Below are positions 37,405 to 46,469 of a DNA stretch of 64,000 nucleotides, in pieces. Source of the DNA: a virus. Position 1 is the first letter of the stretch; every line of letters begins with the position of its first letter. The translations under genes were made by a program, and so were the position numbers. Location of the stretch: IMG/VR virus record IMGVR_UViG_3300045135_002242, positions 1 to 64,000 of that record; one strand, written 5' to 3'. The notes beneath the pieces were generated by a model. That model saw only the letters and a list, made by a program, of their open reading frames with translations. It searched no databases and was not told the origin of the DNA.

Positions 37405-38172
37405 ATGAAAAAATTAACACAATCAGAATTTATTGTAAATGCAACAAGTAAACACGGAAGCCTGTACGATTATACAAAAACTAGATATATCACTAGCCGT
37501 GACTTTATAACCATTACTTGTAATACTTGTTTTAAAGATTTTAATATTAAAGCTAATAACCATTTAAACGGCCAAGGATGTAAATACTGTGCCGCAGCTA
37601 GAACAGCAAGCAAACTTGCGCGAACTTTCGAAGATTTTAAAAAAGAAGCCAGTAAAGTACACAATAGTAAGTATAGCTATGTTGATACTACATTAAAAAA
37701 TAATAAGCAAAAAGTAATAGTAATATGCCCAAAACATGGAAAATTCCAACAAACAGTAAATCATCATTTACGTGGAAGAGGTTGTCCATCTTGTGCTATA
37801 GATATAACAAAAGAAAAAAATCGTAATAAACAAAATGTATGGAGCTACTCTGGATGGGAAGCCCAAGGAGTATCTTCGAAATACTTTAATGGTTTTACCC
37901 TTTATATCATAGAATGCTGGAAAGATAACGAGCGTTTTATAAAAATTGGTAAAACATTCATTAATATATCCAAACGATTTCAAGGTCAATTACCATATGA
38001 CTGGAAAGTAATCAAAACTATTACAGGCTCTGCCAGATATATAAGTGAGCTAGAATATGCGTTACATTCCTTAAACATTAACTATAAATATTCACCTAAA
38101 ATAGCGTTTAAAGGCGATAGTGAATGTTTTTTACTAACTGAAAATTTACACTATGAGCCTAAACCTAACTAA
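37405..38172 (+). CDS. Free-standing homing endonuclease (zinc-binding repeats + GIY-YIG-like C-terminus)
   Basis: Two FxxxAxxxHxxxYxY...C..HL.G.GC..C repeats; FIKIGKT...SECF. Confidence 0.8.
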   Translation: MKKLTQSEFIVNATSKHGSLYDYTKTRYITSRDFITITCNTCFKDFNIKANNHLNGQGCKYCAAARTASKLARTFEDFKKEASKVHNSKYSYVDTTLKNNKQKVIVICPKHGKFQQTVNHHLRGRGCPSCAIDITKEKNRNKQNVWSYSGWEAQGVSSKYFNGFTLYIIECWKDNERFIKIGKTFINISKRFQGQLPYDWKVIKTITGSARYISELEYALHSLNINYKYSPKIAFKGDSECFLLTENLHYEPKPN

Positions 38173-39583
38173 AGAACAACAAAACGTAGTTGATTTCATT
38201 ACCAGCAACGACGAAAATAAGCTAATTTTAATTGACTCTGTAGCAGGCAGCGGTAAAACTACCCTACTTAGAGCTATTGCTAACACTATTGATAACAAAT
38301 CTGGTTTGTACTTAGCATACAATAAAGCTATTGCTACGGAGTCAGCTAAAAAATTCCCAAAAAACATTGAGTGTAGAACTACCCACTCTTTAGCTTATAG
38401 GGCTACTGTAAACTCCCTAGGGCTAAATGTAGGGTTTTTTGGTCCCAAACAAATTACAGACAAGATGTCTTATACTAATAAAACAGCTTTAGTAGAGGAT
38501 ATTAAAGAATACTGCCTATCTAGTTACCTTACTTATAAAAGCTTTGCAGATAATACAGGCAGGGCTAACACAAAACTAGTGAATAAGTATCTGGGTAAAA
38601 TGTTGAGTGGTGATATTGATTGTACTCATGACTTTTACCTCAAACAATATCATATCGGCCTAGCAACGGGGACAATTTCAATTCCTGATTACCATCTGGC
38701 TATGCTTGATGAGGCGGGAGATTTAAACGAAGTCACACTAGAAATTTTTAAGCTTATTTCTGCAAAGTTAAAAGTTGTTGTGGGGGACCCCCACCAAAAT
38801 ATTTATACCTTTAACCATACAATTAACTGTTTTGAAAAATTAAAAGGGCAGGGTACTACTTTTAAGCTTTCTAAGTCTTTCAGGGTTCCGCAAGTTATTG
38901 CAAAATCTGTTGAAAAGTTTTGTAAAGCTTATCTAAACCCTGAAATGGAATTTGAAGGTATTGACAATTGTCCTACTGTTATCACTACTAGAGGTTATAT
39001 TTCTCGCACTAACAGTGGCCTCATCAATAAACTAGTGGAGCTTAATAGGGATGGAACTCCTTATGGATTAGTACGTAAAGCGCAAGAAATATTTAAAGTC
39101 CCTCTTATGGTGGCTGGTTTAAAGTATGAAGGTAAAATTTATGACCCAGCTTATAGGCATATCCAAGAAGACGTAGATGGCTGGTTTGAAAATACTAACA
39201 GCATCAAATCTCAACATCCTACTTTATTTGGGTACCTTAAAAGCAAATACCCTGATGACCTATCTTTAATTCAAGCAATTAACCTTATCTCAAAACATTC
39301 TAAATCTGGTATTTTTAATGCATATGCAGAAGCAAAGAAGCATGAAAACACTACTCAAGATTTTATGTTGTTGACAGCACACTCATCAAAAGGCTTAGAG
39401 TTTGATGAGGTAATTTTAGCTCCAGACATGAATATGTCAGTAGGAGAACTAATCGGTGAGCTACAACAAAACCCCGATAAGAAGTTAAACACGTTTGAAA
39501 AAGAATCTTTAAACCTATACTATGTAGCCTGTACTAGGGCCCTAGTTCGTTTAAGAAATGCAACTCATTTGGTAGGTTTGTAA
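38153..39583 (+). CDS. UvrD-like SF1 helicase
   Basis: AGSGKTT, DEAGD, GDPHQ, HSSKGLEFD, YVACTRA. Confidence 0.92.
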   Translation: MSLNLTKEQQNVVDFITSNDENKLILIDSVAGSGKTTLLRAIANTIDNKSGLYLAYNKAIATESAKKFPKNIECRTTHSLAYRATVNSLGLNVGFFGPKQITDKMSYTNKTALVEDIKEYCLSSYLTYKSFADNTGRANTKLVNKYLGKMLSGDIDCTHDFYLKQYHIGLATGTISIPDYHLAMLDEAGDLNEVTLEIFKLISAKLKVVVGDPHQNIYTFNHTINCFEKLKGQGTTFKLSKSFRVPQVIAKSVEKFCKAYLNPEMEFEGIDNCPTVITTRGYISRTNSGLINKLVELNRDGTPYGLVRKAQEIFKVPLMVAGLKYEGKIYDPAYRHIQEDVDGWFENTNSIKSQHPTLFGYLKSKYPDDLSLIQAINLISKHSKSGIFNAYAEAKKHENTTQDFMLLTAHSSKGLEFDEVILAPDMNMSVGELIGELQQNPDKKLNTFEKESLNLYYVACTRALVRLRNATHLVGL

Positions 39584-40245
39584 TGAAAATACCCCGCAGT
39601 ATAGACGTCAAATATGAATATACTAACGATCCGTGTAAAGCTAGTTGTTGGTTACAAGATATTCCTGATACTTTTGCTGCAGACTTAGAAACAGCTATTA
39701 GGTATTCCCAAGAGGAGGTAAAAGAAGCTAAGCTTAAAGCTGCTGATACTTCTTTACCTAAAAAAGAGCAAATCTATAACCAATCTATTGCTAATGCTAC
39801 CGCCTTAGGGCATCCATATCACTGTACTATTACCCATTGCAGTATTGCTAGTGAGGAGGACTTTGGCAGAGTTTTTATTATTGATAGTCAAGATATTGCT
39901 GATGTAGTATTAGATTTTTTAACTACTACAGACAAAACCCAAGTATGGCATAGATACGCCTATGATGGCAGGTTTATTAAATACTATGGTGGACAGCAGC
40001 CAAAAAATGTACAAGATACTCAAATATTTGCTAAAACATTAGTTAATCACGTAGAAGTTTTTAAAGCTTCTACCGGTCTTAAAGACTTAGCAGGAGCTTG
40101 GTACGGAGACTGGGGCATATCCTCTGAGCACTTTACTTTAGAGCAGCAGTATGAGCCTAAAGTAATTAAGTATGCGGCTATCGATGCTTGCGCAACTTTT
40201 AAGCTATGGAGATACCTTAATGAATTCATCGGAAAAACCTCTTGA
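39583..40245 (+). CDS. 3'-5' exonuclease domain of DNA polymerase A (separate gene)
   Basis: ADLET, HxxxYD, YAAIDA. Confidence 0.85.
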   Translation: MKIPRSIDVKYEYTNDPCKASCWLQDIPDTFAADLETAIRYSQEEVKEAKLKAADTSLPKKEQIYNQSIANATALGHPYHCTITHCSIASEEDFGRVFIIDSQDIADVVLDFLTTTDKTQVWHRYAYDGRFIKYYGGQQPKNVQDTQIFAKTLVNHVEVFKASTGLKDLAGAWYGDWGISSEHFTLEQQYEPKVIKYAAIDACATFKLWRYLNEFIGKTS

Positions 40246-40471
40246 GATTTTTGATCAAACTCACTACGATAACACTTTTTATTTTTGTGAAAAAGATCAC
40301 CCTTTTATCGCATTTACTACGGTTTTTTGCCCTTGTTGTCTACTTCATCAATCCAATGCTACTGCTACAGCTGAGCTAGAAGAGGCAGAACAGATGTACG
40401 AAGATACTTTAGAACGGTTAGAAGAGTTAACTATCAAAGCAAAAAACACAGCACCTGAGATATTAGTATAA
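40220..40471 (+). CDS. Hypothetical zinc-finger/coiled-coil protein with PE-tag
   Basis: GGAG SD; CxxxH...CPCC; ends APEILV. Confidence 0.7.
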   Translation: MNSSEKPLEIFDQTHYDNTFYFCEKDHPFIAFTTVFCPCCLLHQSNATATAELEEAEQMYEDTLERLEELTIKAKNTAPEILV

Positions 40472-40479
40472 GGAAAAAT

Positions 40480-42291
40480 ATGTATAGCCCTTGGGATCAA
40501 CTACCTGCCCCAGAACCTAGCTCTATTGAGTATCCTTTGGGGCATTTTTACCAAAACACTGCTAAGTATCTTATCAAGGATACTGTCCGTATTATGGATA
40601 ATGGTCTTAATATAGACTTTGACAAAGTTATTGAACTTGAAGCTGTTCTTAAAGAGCAGCTTGAAGAAGTAGGCAAAGAACTAAGCCAAAATCCTTTAAT
40701 AAAAAACTACTTGGAACAAAGATATTCGTCTCAAGTTAAAGAGTACATTAAAGATAGAAAATCTAAAATGAGAGACGTTTCCTACTACCTCAAACCTTTT
40801 AAATTTAAAGATATGACTCATCGTAGCTACTTTATGGATGAGTATGCTAAATTACAAGGATGGGGCAGTCCTGAGGAAAAACTTCCAACAGGTGTTCCTA
40901 AATGGTCTGTAAAACTAGTTAAGCAATACGCAAAAACTAACAGATTATTAAGGATGATGTTGGAAGGTAAGAGTCCTGGCCCTACAAATATTATCAATAA
41001 AGCTATGAACAGACTAGCCCAAGATAAGGCAACAATCTACAACGAAAAGTATGTTAGCCAAGTAAAAAAGCCAGAAGTACCTTTTCCTAAGTTTAATCCT
41101 AGTTCTCCCCAGCAGAAACAAGAGTTGTTTAAAATGCTTGGTATAGAATCAGAAGAAACTTCAAAAGACACAGGACTGCCCAAGTGGGATAGAGCACAAG
41201 TAGAACGAGTTAATGCTGAAACAGACAATCCAGATGTAAAACATTTTACTCAATGTTTTATTGATCATTCTTTTGCAGCTATTATTAAAAATAACTTCAT
41301 CGAAGCTTTCTATAACTATACGGTAGAAGGTCGTTTATATGGCCAATATAACCTCCTAGGAGCTAAATCAGGCAGGTATACTAGCTCTAACCCTAACATG
41401 CTTAATGCCCCCTCTACAGGCTCTAGATTTGCTAAGCCAGTTAAAAAGTGCTTTACTGCCCCTTCTGGTAAAGTAATTATGGCTGCAGATTACAACGCCC
41501 TAGAAGATAGGGTTATCGCCTCGCTTTCAAGAGATACTAACAAATGTGATATCTTTCTTAAAAACTTAGATGGGCACTCCTTGAACGCTCTAGGTTATTT
41601 TCCAGACCGCATTAAAAATCTTATTACTTTGACTGGAGATGTGCCTACCGATGTTAAAGCGTTTAAAGAACTAGTGGATAATGGAAACTCAGAGGCTAAA
41701 GATATCAGGCAAGAGTCTAAAGGGCCTACCTTTGGCCTAGCTTATGGCGCTTTCCCTCCTAAAATTGCAGCTACTTTAAAAATTACTTTGGAGCAAGCTA
41801 CGGAAATTTTTAATAATTACCATAAAGTTTTGTATCCAGGTATTACAGAGTACCGTGAAAACTACGTACTGCCTATTGCAAGAGAGAATGGTGAGATCCA
41901 CCTAGGTTTAGGGTTTACCTTAAAAACGGATGATGCAGATAGGGATATTAGAACTTTGTCTAACGCTACTTGCCAGTTTTGGTCTATCTTAACAGCTTTG
42001 ACTATTAATAAAATGCATAACCTTATTGACCAAGCAGGCTACGAAGAAGATGTAAAAGTTATATCTACAATCTATGATTCTATTTACTTTGAAGTGACTA
42101 GTGACCCTAAAATTATTAAATGGGTAAATGATAACCTTATTAAAGTCATGGTAGTAGACTTTATGGAAAATCAAACAATCAGTAATGAAGCAGAGTGTGA
42201 GATTGGGTATAACTGGGCAGATATGGAAACCCTACCTATCAATGCTTCTGTACTACAAATCAAACAAGTAATTAAAAAGTTACCTAAATAA
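40480..42291 (+). CDS. polA: DNA polymerase A, polymerase domain
   Basis: SGRYTSSNPNMLN, ADYNALEDR, RQESKGPTFGLAYG, IYDSI. Confidence 0.93.
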   Translation: MYSPWDQLPAPEPSSIEYPLGHFYQNTAKYLIKDTVRIMDNGLNIDFDKVIELEAVLKEQLEEVGKELSQNPLIKNYLEQRYSSQVKEYIKDRKSKMRDVSYYLKPFKFKDMTHRSYFMDEYAKLQGWGSPEEKLPTGVPKWSVKLVKQYAKTNRLLRMMLEGKSPGPTNIINKAMNRLAQDKATIYNEKYVSQVKKPEVPFPKFNPSSPQQKQELFKMLGIESEETSKDTGLPKWDRAQVERVNAETDNPDVKHFTQCFIDHSFAAIIKNNFIEAFYNYTVEGRLYGQYNLLGAKSGRYTSSNPNMLNAPSTGSRFAKPVKKCFTAPSGKVIMAADYNALEDRVIASLSRDTNKCDIFLKNLDGHSLNALGYFPDRIKNLITLTGDVPTDVKAFKELVDNGNSEAKDIRQESKGPTFGLAYGAFPPKIAATLKITLEQATEIFNNYHKVLYPGITEYRENYVLPIARENGEIHLGLGFTLKTDDADRDIRTLSNATCQFWSILTALTINKMHNLIDQAGYEEDVKVISTIYDSIYFEVTSDPKIIKWVNDNLIKVMVVDFMENQTISNEAECEIGYNWADMETLPINASVLQIKQVIKKLPK

Positions 42292-42295
42292 AATC

Positions 42296-42356
42296 GAGCA
42301 AGGTGTTCCTTTCCACCTGTGAGCCTTTTCGGTGGGGTGCTCAATAATCACCGAAA
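42296..42356 (+). ncRNA. Predicted pseudoknot 3' of the polymerase gene
   Basis: GAGC(A)/TGCTC, AGGTG/CACCT and TTTCGGTG/CACCGAAA pairings. Confidence 0.45.
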
Positions 42357-42364
42357 CTAGACTC

Positions 42365-42393
42365 TTGTTATTTACTAACTTCATTGCTATACT
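42365..42393 (+). promoter_or_regulatory. Sigma70-type promoter
   Basis: TTGTTA-17 nt-TATACT with extended TG. Confidence 0.6.
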
Positions 42394-42421
42394 TTGATTT
42401 TTGCTGTGAAGGATTTTCTCT

Positions 42422-42850
42422 ATGAAAAAATCAATGTCTGTTGAAAATATGCTTGGCGGCTGTATTACAGATATGCTATTTTATATTAATCAACTGCATC
42501 TCACTCATTGGCTTACTCTTAAAAACCATCATCATGTAGTAGTTGGTACTCTTTACTCTGAACTAGAAGAAGAACTAGACAGCTTAGCTGAGCAGTTTTT
42601 AGGGGCCTCTTTGCCCGAAATGAAACCAGAAGAAGCGTTGCATTTATCATATGGCGTAAAAGAGCCTCGTTACTACAAGGTAATAAAGAGTGAGGCTGAT
42701 ATTATTGCTCTTGTTGATGAAATTACAAGACGTGCCCAAAAAGGATTAAAATTGGTAGAAGATAATCCTAAATTTTCTTTTATGAGAGATTCTATTATGG
42801 ATATGATCGCCGTGCTTCATAGCGCTAAATACCAAATCACCCAAGAGTAA
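42422..42850 (+). CDS. Ferritin/Dps-like four-helix protein
   Basis: HLTHW...HHH....LY..L.EELDSLAEQ. Confidence 0.75.
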   Translation: MKKSMSVENMLGGCITDMLFYINQLHLTHWLTLKNHHHVVVGTLYSELEEELDSLAEQFLGASLPEMKPEEALHLSYGVKEPRYYKVIKSEADIIALVDEITRRAQKGLKLVEDNPKFSFMRDSIMDMIAVLHSAKYQITQE

Positions 42851-42870
42851 TTACAAATACATTTTTAACT

Positions 42871-42895
42871 AAAAACCTCCTACGGGAGGTTTTTT
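42871..42895 (+). terminator. Rho-independent terminator
   Basis: AAAAACCTCC-TACG-GGAGGTTTTTT. Confidence 0.9.
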
Positions 42896-42914
42896 GCCCT
42901 AAAGGATTACCTAT

Positions 42915-43325
42915 TTGTTAACATTTAACCTACCAATTTACTGGACTCAGCACTATAAAACAAAACCTGATAAGACTGTTTTAGCTTCTATGAATTGGTA
43001 CCGTAATGCAAATTACTATGCTCAAAATAACATGAAAAAAGATTTCCACGCATTAGTAGATTCACAGCTTTCAGGTGAGGCTATTAAAAACGCTTATACT
43101 TTGAATATGGAAATTTATTATAAGAACCCTTCCTGTGACGGAGCTAATATAGCACCTTTGGTAGAAAAATTTGTTTTAGACGCTCTTCAAGCTGCTAATG
43201 TCGTAGTAAATGATAACGTAAACTACCACAAAGGAAGTACTTGGAAAATAGTAGAACAGGACAAAAATAACCCACGATGCCTCGTTACAGTTGTACCAAT
43301 TAAACTTAATTCAGGAGACCAATAG
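42915..43325 (+). CDS. RusA-like Holliday junction resolvase
   Basis: DGANI...KFVLDAL....VNDN...NPR. Confidence 0.75.
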   Translation: MLTFNLPIYWTQHYKTKPDKTVLASMNWYRNANYYAQNNMKKDFHALVDSQLSGEAIKNAYTLNMEIYYKNPSCDGANIAPLVEKFVLDALQAANVVVNDNVNYHKGSTWKIVEQDKNNPRCLVTVVPIKLNSGDQ

Positions 43326-45052
43326 TGCTTGATTTTGCTAAAAAACTATTAAAAAAACATTATTGTAGACCTAACGAGTCTATTAAAGAAGCCTTTAAAC
43401 GTGCTAGCGATTGTTTTGCTTCTAACGATTTACATAGCCAGCGACTGCAAAGCTACCTAGAAAAAGAATGGTTTATGTATAGTTCTCCCGTTTTAAGTAA
43501 CGCAGTGCTGCCAGGAGAAAAAGTTAAAGGACTACCTATTAGCTGTTTTTTAACTTTTGTACCAGACAGTATTGAGGGCCTGTGTGCTCACACCACAGAA
43601 GAACGTTGGTTGTCTGTTAAAGGGGGTGGTGTAGGAGGCCACTGGAGTGGTGTTAGAAGCATTTCAGATAAGACCCCAGGGGTCAACGGCTTCCTGCACA
43701 CTGTTGACGCCGATATGGTGGCTTATAGGCAAGGCAAAACCAGACGAGGCAGTTACGCAGCGTACCTAGATGTAAGCCACCCAGAAATCGTAGAATTTAT
43801 TAAAATGCGAACACCTACGGGGGACTTAAACCGTAAAAATCTAAATCTACACCATGGTGTTAATATTACAGACGCTTTTATTGAGGCAGTCAACGAAGAC
43901 TTAGATTGGTCATTAATTGATCCTCATAACCAAAAAGTAGTTGAAGTTGTTAAAGCTAGGGCTATTTGGGAAGAAATTCTTGTAGCTAGGTTCCGTACTG
44001 GTGAACCTTACATTAACTACCTTGACGAAGCTAACAGAAAAATGCACCCAGCTTTAAAGGCTGCAGGGCTAAAGATTAATGGCAGTAACTTATGTAACGA
44101 GATTCATTTACCTACTTCTGAAGACCGTTCAGCAGTTTGCTGCTTATCTTCTGTTAATTTAGCTAAATTTGATCAGTGGAAAGATAATCCTTACTTCATT
44201 GGGGATCTTATTGAAATGCTTGACAATGTCTTGCAATTCTTTATTGATAATGCCCCTGATGAACTCAGCAAAACTAAATACTCAGCAGAAAGGGAACGTT
44301 CCTTGGGGTTAGGTGCTATGGGCTTTCACGACTACCTAATGGCTCACGGTATTCCTTTTGAAAGTAGCTTAGCTATTGCTGTTAATAAGAAAATGTTTTC
44401 TACTATTAAAAATAATGCCTTAGCAAAAACTACTCAGCTGGCTTTGGTTAGAGGTCAGGCCCCAGACGCTATTGGGTATGGTGTTAGAAACACCCATCTT
44501 TTAGCTATCGCTCCTAATGCTAATAGCTCTATTATTTTGGGGGTATCTCCTTCTATTGAGCCAAGGTCCTCCAACTGTTATACCCATAAAACCCGTATTG
44601 GAAGCCACTTAGTTAAAAACCCTGCACTAATGGATGTATTGACTAGTTATAATAAAAACTCTAAAGAAGTATGGGACTCTATCATGGAAAATGATGGTTC
44701 TGTGCAGCACCTAGATTTTCTTTCTAAGGACGAAAAAGATGTGTTTAAAACAGCTTTTGAGATTGACCAGCACTGGGTAGTAGAAATGGCAAGAAGTAGG
44801 CAAGAGTACCTGTGTCAGGGGCAGTCAGTTAACTTGTTCTTCCCAGCAGGAGCAAATAAAAGTTATGTAAATGCAGTACACAGAAGAGCGTTTAAGCCTG
44901 CTGATAATGTAGGACATCCTCTCAAAGGCGTATACTACTTACGTACTGAGTCTAGTAAAAAGACAGAAAAAGTGAATATTAAGATTGAACGTCAAGCACT
45001 ACAAGATGGAGTGCAAGGCTCACTTGATACGTGTTTGGCCTGTGAAGGTTGA
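43325..45052 (+). CDS. nrdA: Ribonucleotide reductase class Ia, alpha subunit
   Basis: PISCF, SNLCNEI, APNANSS, YYLR, C-terminal CLACEG; no ATP cone. Confidence 0.95.
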   Translation: MLDFAKKLLKKHYCRPNESIKEAFKRASDCFASNDLHSQRLQSYLEKEWFMYSSPVLSNAVLPGEKVKGLPISCFLTFVPDSIEGLCAHTTEERWLSVKGGGVGGHWSGVRSISDKTPGVNGFLHTVDADMVAYRQGKTRRGSYAAYLDVSHPEIVEFIKMRTPTGDLNRKNLNLHHGVNITDAFIEAVNEDLDWSLIDPHNQKVVEVVKARAIWEEILVARFRTGEPYINYLDEANRKMHPALKAAGLKINGSNLCNEIHLPTSEDRSAVCCLSSVNLAKFDQWKDNPYFIGDLIEMLDNVLQFFIDNAPDELSKTKYSAERERSLGLGAMGFHDYLMAHGIPFESSLAIAVNKKMFSTIKNNALAKTTQLALVRGQAPDAIGYGVRNTHLLAIAPNANSSIILGVSPSIEPRSSNCYTHKTRIGSHLVKNPALMDVLTSYNKNSKEVWDSIMENDGSVQHLDFLSKDEKDVFKTAFEIDQHWVVEMARSRQEYLCQGQSVNLFFPAGANKSYVNAVHRRAFKPADNVGHPLKGVYYLRTESSKKTEKVNIKIERQALQDGVQGSLDTCLACEG

Positions 45053-45066
45053 TAAAGGAGTAAACT

Positions 45067-45162
45067 ATGAATACTTATATTGGGACAAAACTAGTTAATG
45101 TTGTTCCTTGGCTGGCTTCCCAGACTGATGTACTTTCTGAAGATTGGAGTATTGTTGACTAA
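45067..45162 (+). CDS. 31-aa DUF2829/Tad2-like miniprotein or remnant (not in ORF track)
   Basis: MNTYIGTKLVNVVPWLASQTDVLSEDWSIVD; AAGGAG SD; TAATG-coupled to nrdB. Confidence 0.65.
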   Translation: MNTYIGTKLVNVVPWLASQTDVLSEDWSIVD

Positions 45163-46091
45163 TGCTGAATGAATCTAGTAAAACATACAAACCTCTAAGG
45201 TACCCTCAAGCAGAAGAGTTTAGACTCCAATCAGAGGACATCCACTGGATTGTAAAAGAAGTAGAAATGACAAAAGACCTTGAGGACTTTAAGGCAGCTT
45301 CTTATGAAGAAAAAGAATTCATCAAAAATATTTTGTCTATTTTTACGCAATCCGACTTTAACGTTGCTGCAGGGTATTTGCCTCTAATCAATAAGATTAA
45401 AAATAATGAGGTAAGGGGTATGCTCACAAGTTTTATGGCTCGTGAGTTTATTCACCAAGAAGGTTATGCCCACTTAAATGAGTCATTAGGATTCCCCGAT
45501 AGCTATTATACAGACTTTTTAGAACACCAAGAAACCTTGGAAAAAGATTCTTATATGTCTAATACCTTGTTTGAGAGTTTTGGTCTAAAACTTGCTAAAG
45601 GGATTCTACTGGAGGGTATTAGCCTTTTTGGTAGCTTTATTATGCTTAAGAACTTTGAGCGTGTAGGTAAGTATCTAGGTATGTGTACTATTAATGAGTG
45701 GTCTCTAAGAGATGAATCCCTACATGTAGAAGGTAATGCTTGGCTATTTAGGACTTGGTGCCAAGAAAACCCTGAAGAGGTGAATGATACTTTTAAACGT
45801 CATATCTATACTATGGCTAGAGAAATCGTAGACCTAGAAACTAGCTTTATTGATTTCGCTTTTGGTACTTATTCCCCTCCTAACTTAGAAAAAGATGATG
45901 TAAAAGAGTACATTAGGTACATCGCAGATCGCCGCTTAGTTCAGTTGGGTCTTAAACCTAATTTTGATAGAAGCACAAATCCGTTACCTTGGATGGATGA
46001 ACTTAATAATGGCAGCTCATTTGCTAACTTTTTTGAAAAACGGGTAACAGATTATAGCGTTGCAGGAATGCAAGGCGAATTTACCTATTAA
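45162..46091 (+). CDS. nrdB: Ribonucleotide reductase class Ia, beta subunit
   Basis: REFIHQEGY, EGISLFGSF, RDESLH, NFFEKRVTDY. Confidence 0.95.
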   Translation: MLNESSKTYKPLRYPQAEEFRLQSEDIHWIVKEVEMTKDLEDFKAASYEEKEFIKNILSIFTQSDFNVAAGYLPLINKIKNNEVRGMLTSFMAREFIHQEGYAHLNESLGFPDSYYTDFLEHQETLEKDSYMSNTLFESFGLKLAKGILLEGISLFGSFIMLKNFERVGKYLGMCTINEWSLRDESLHVEGNAWLFRTWCQENPEEVNDTFKRHIYTMAREIVDLETSFIDFAFGTYSPPNLEKDDVKEYIRYIADRRLVQLGLKPNFDRSTNPLPWMDELNNGSSFANFFEKRVTDYSVAGMQGEFTY

Positions 46092-46138
46092 TAGGTAAGG
46101 GGTAACCCTTACCAATTAACTTAATATAAGGAACATTA

Positions 46139-46468
46139 ATGACTGACGACCTTTTAAAAACCAGAAGCAAAGACTATGGTAATTTTCACACTTTAGCTAA
46201 TCTATCTCAAACACTAAATTCAATTATTGCACAACATTATAATAACGTACAGCAACAAGAATTTACTCCTATGCCTCATTTCATGGCAGAAGCCCTTCAA
46301 ATGATTTGTCATAAGATTTCTAGAATTGTTAATGGTAATATTTATTATGACGATAGTTGGAAAGATATCGCAGGTTACGCTCAATTAGTAGTAGATATTT
46401 TAGAAAAAGCTCAGACGGCTGAAAAAACTAATGAACTAAATAACACAGAAAAAGCCGAGGAAACTTGA
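46139..46468 (+). CDS. DUF6378-like protein
   Basis: RxxxYG...KISRIVNG...DSWKDIAGYA. Confidence 0.75.
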   Translation: MTDDLLKTRSKDYGNFHTLANLSQTLNSIIAQHYNNVQQQEFTPMPHFMAEALQMICHKISRIVNGNIYYDDSWKDIAGYAQLVVDILEKAQTAEKTNELNNTEKAEET

Positions 46469-46469
46469 T

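Noticed and set aside
37322-38172. Fourth group I intron or T4 gene 60-style bypass around the 37405 endonuclease
   Set aside because: No P/Q/R/S elements, the gap is about 800 nt, and the helicase has its own complete start.
42296-42356. HDV-like/theta ribozyme on the minus strand
   Set aside because: The P3/L3 element required for the fold is missing.
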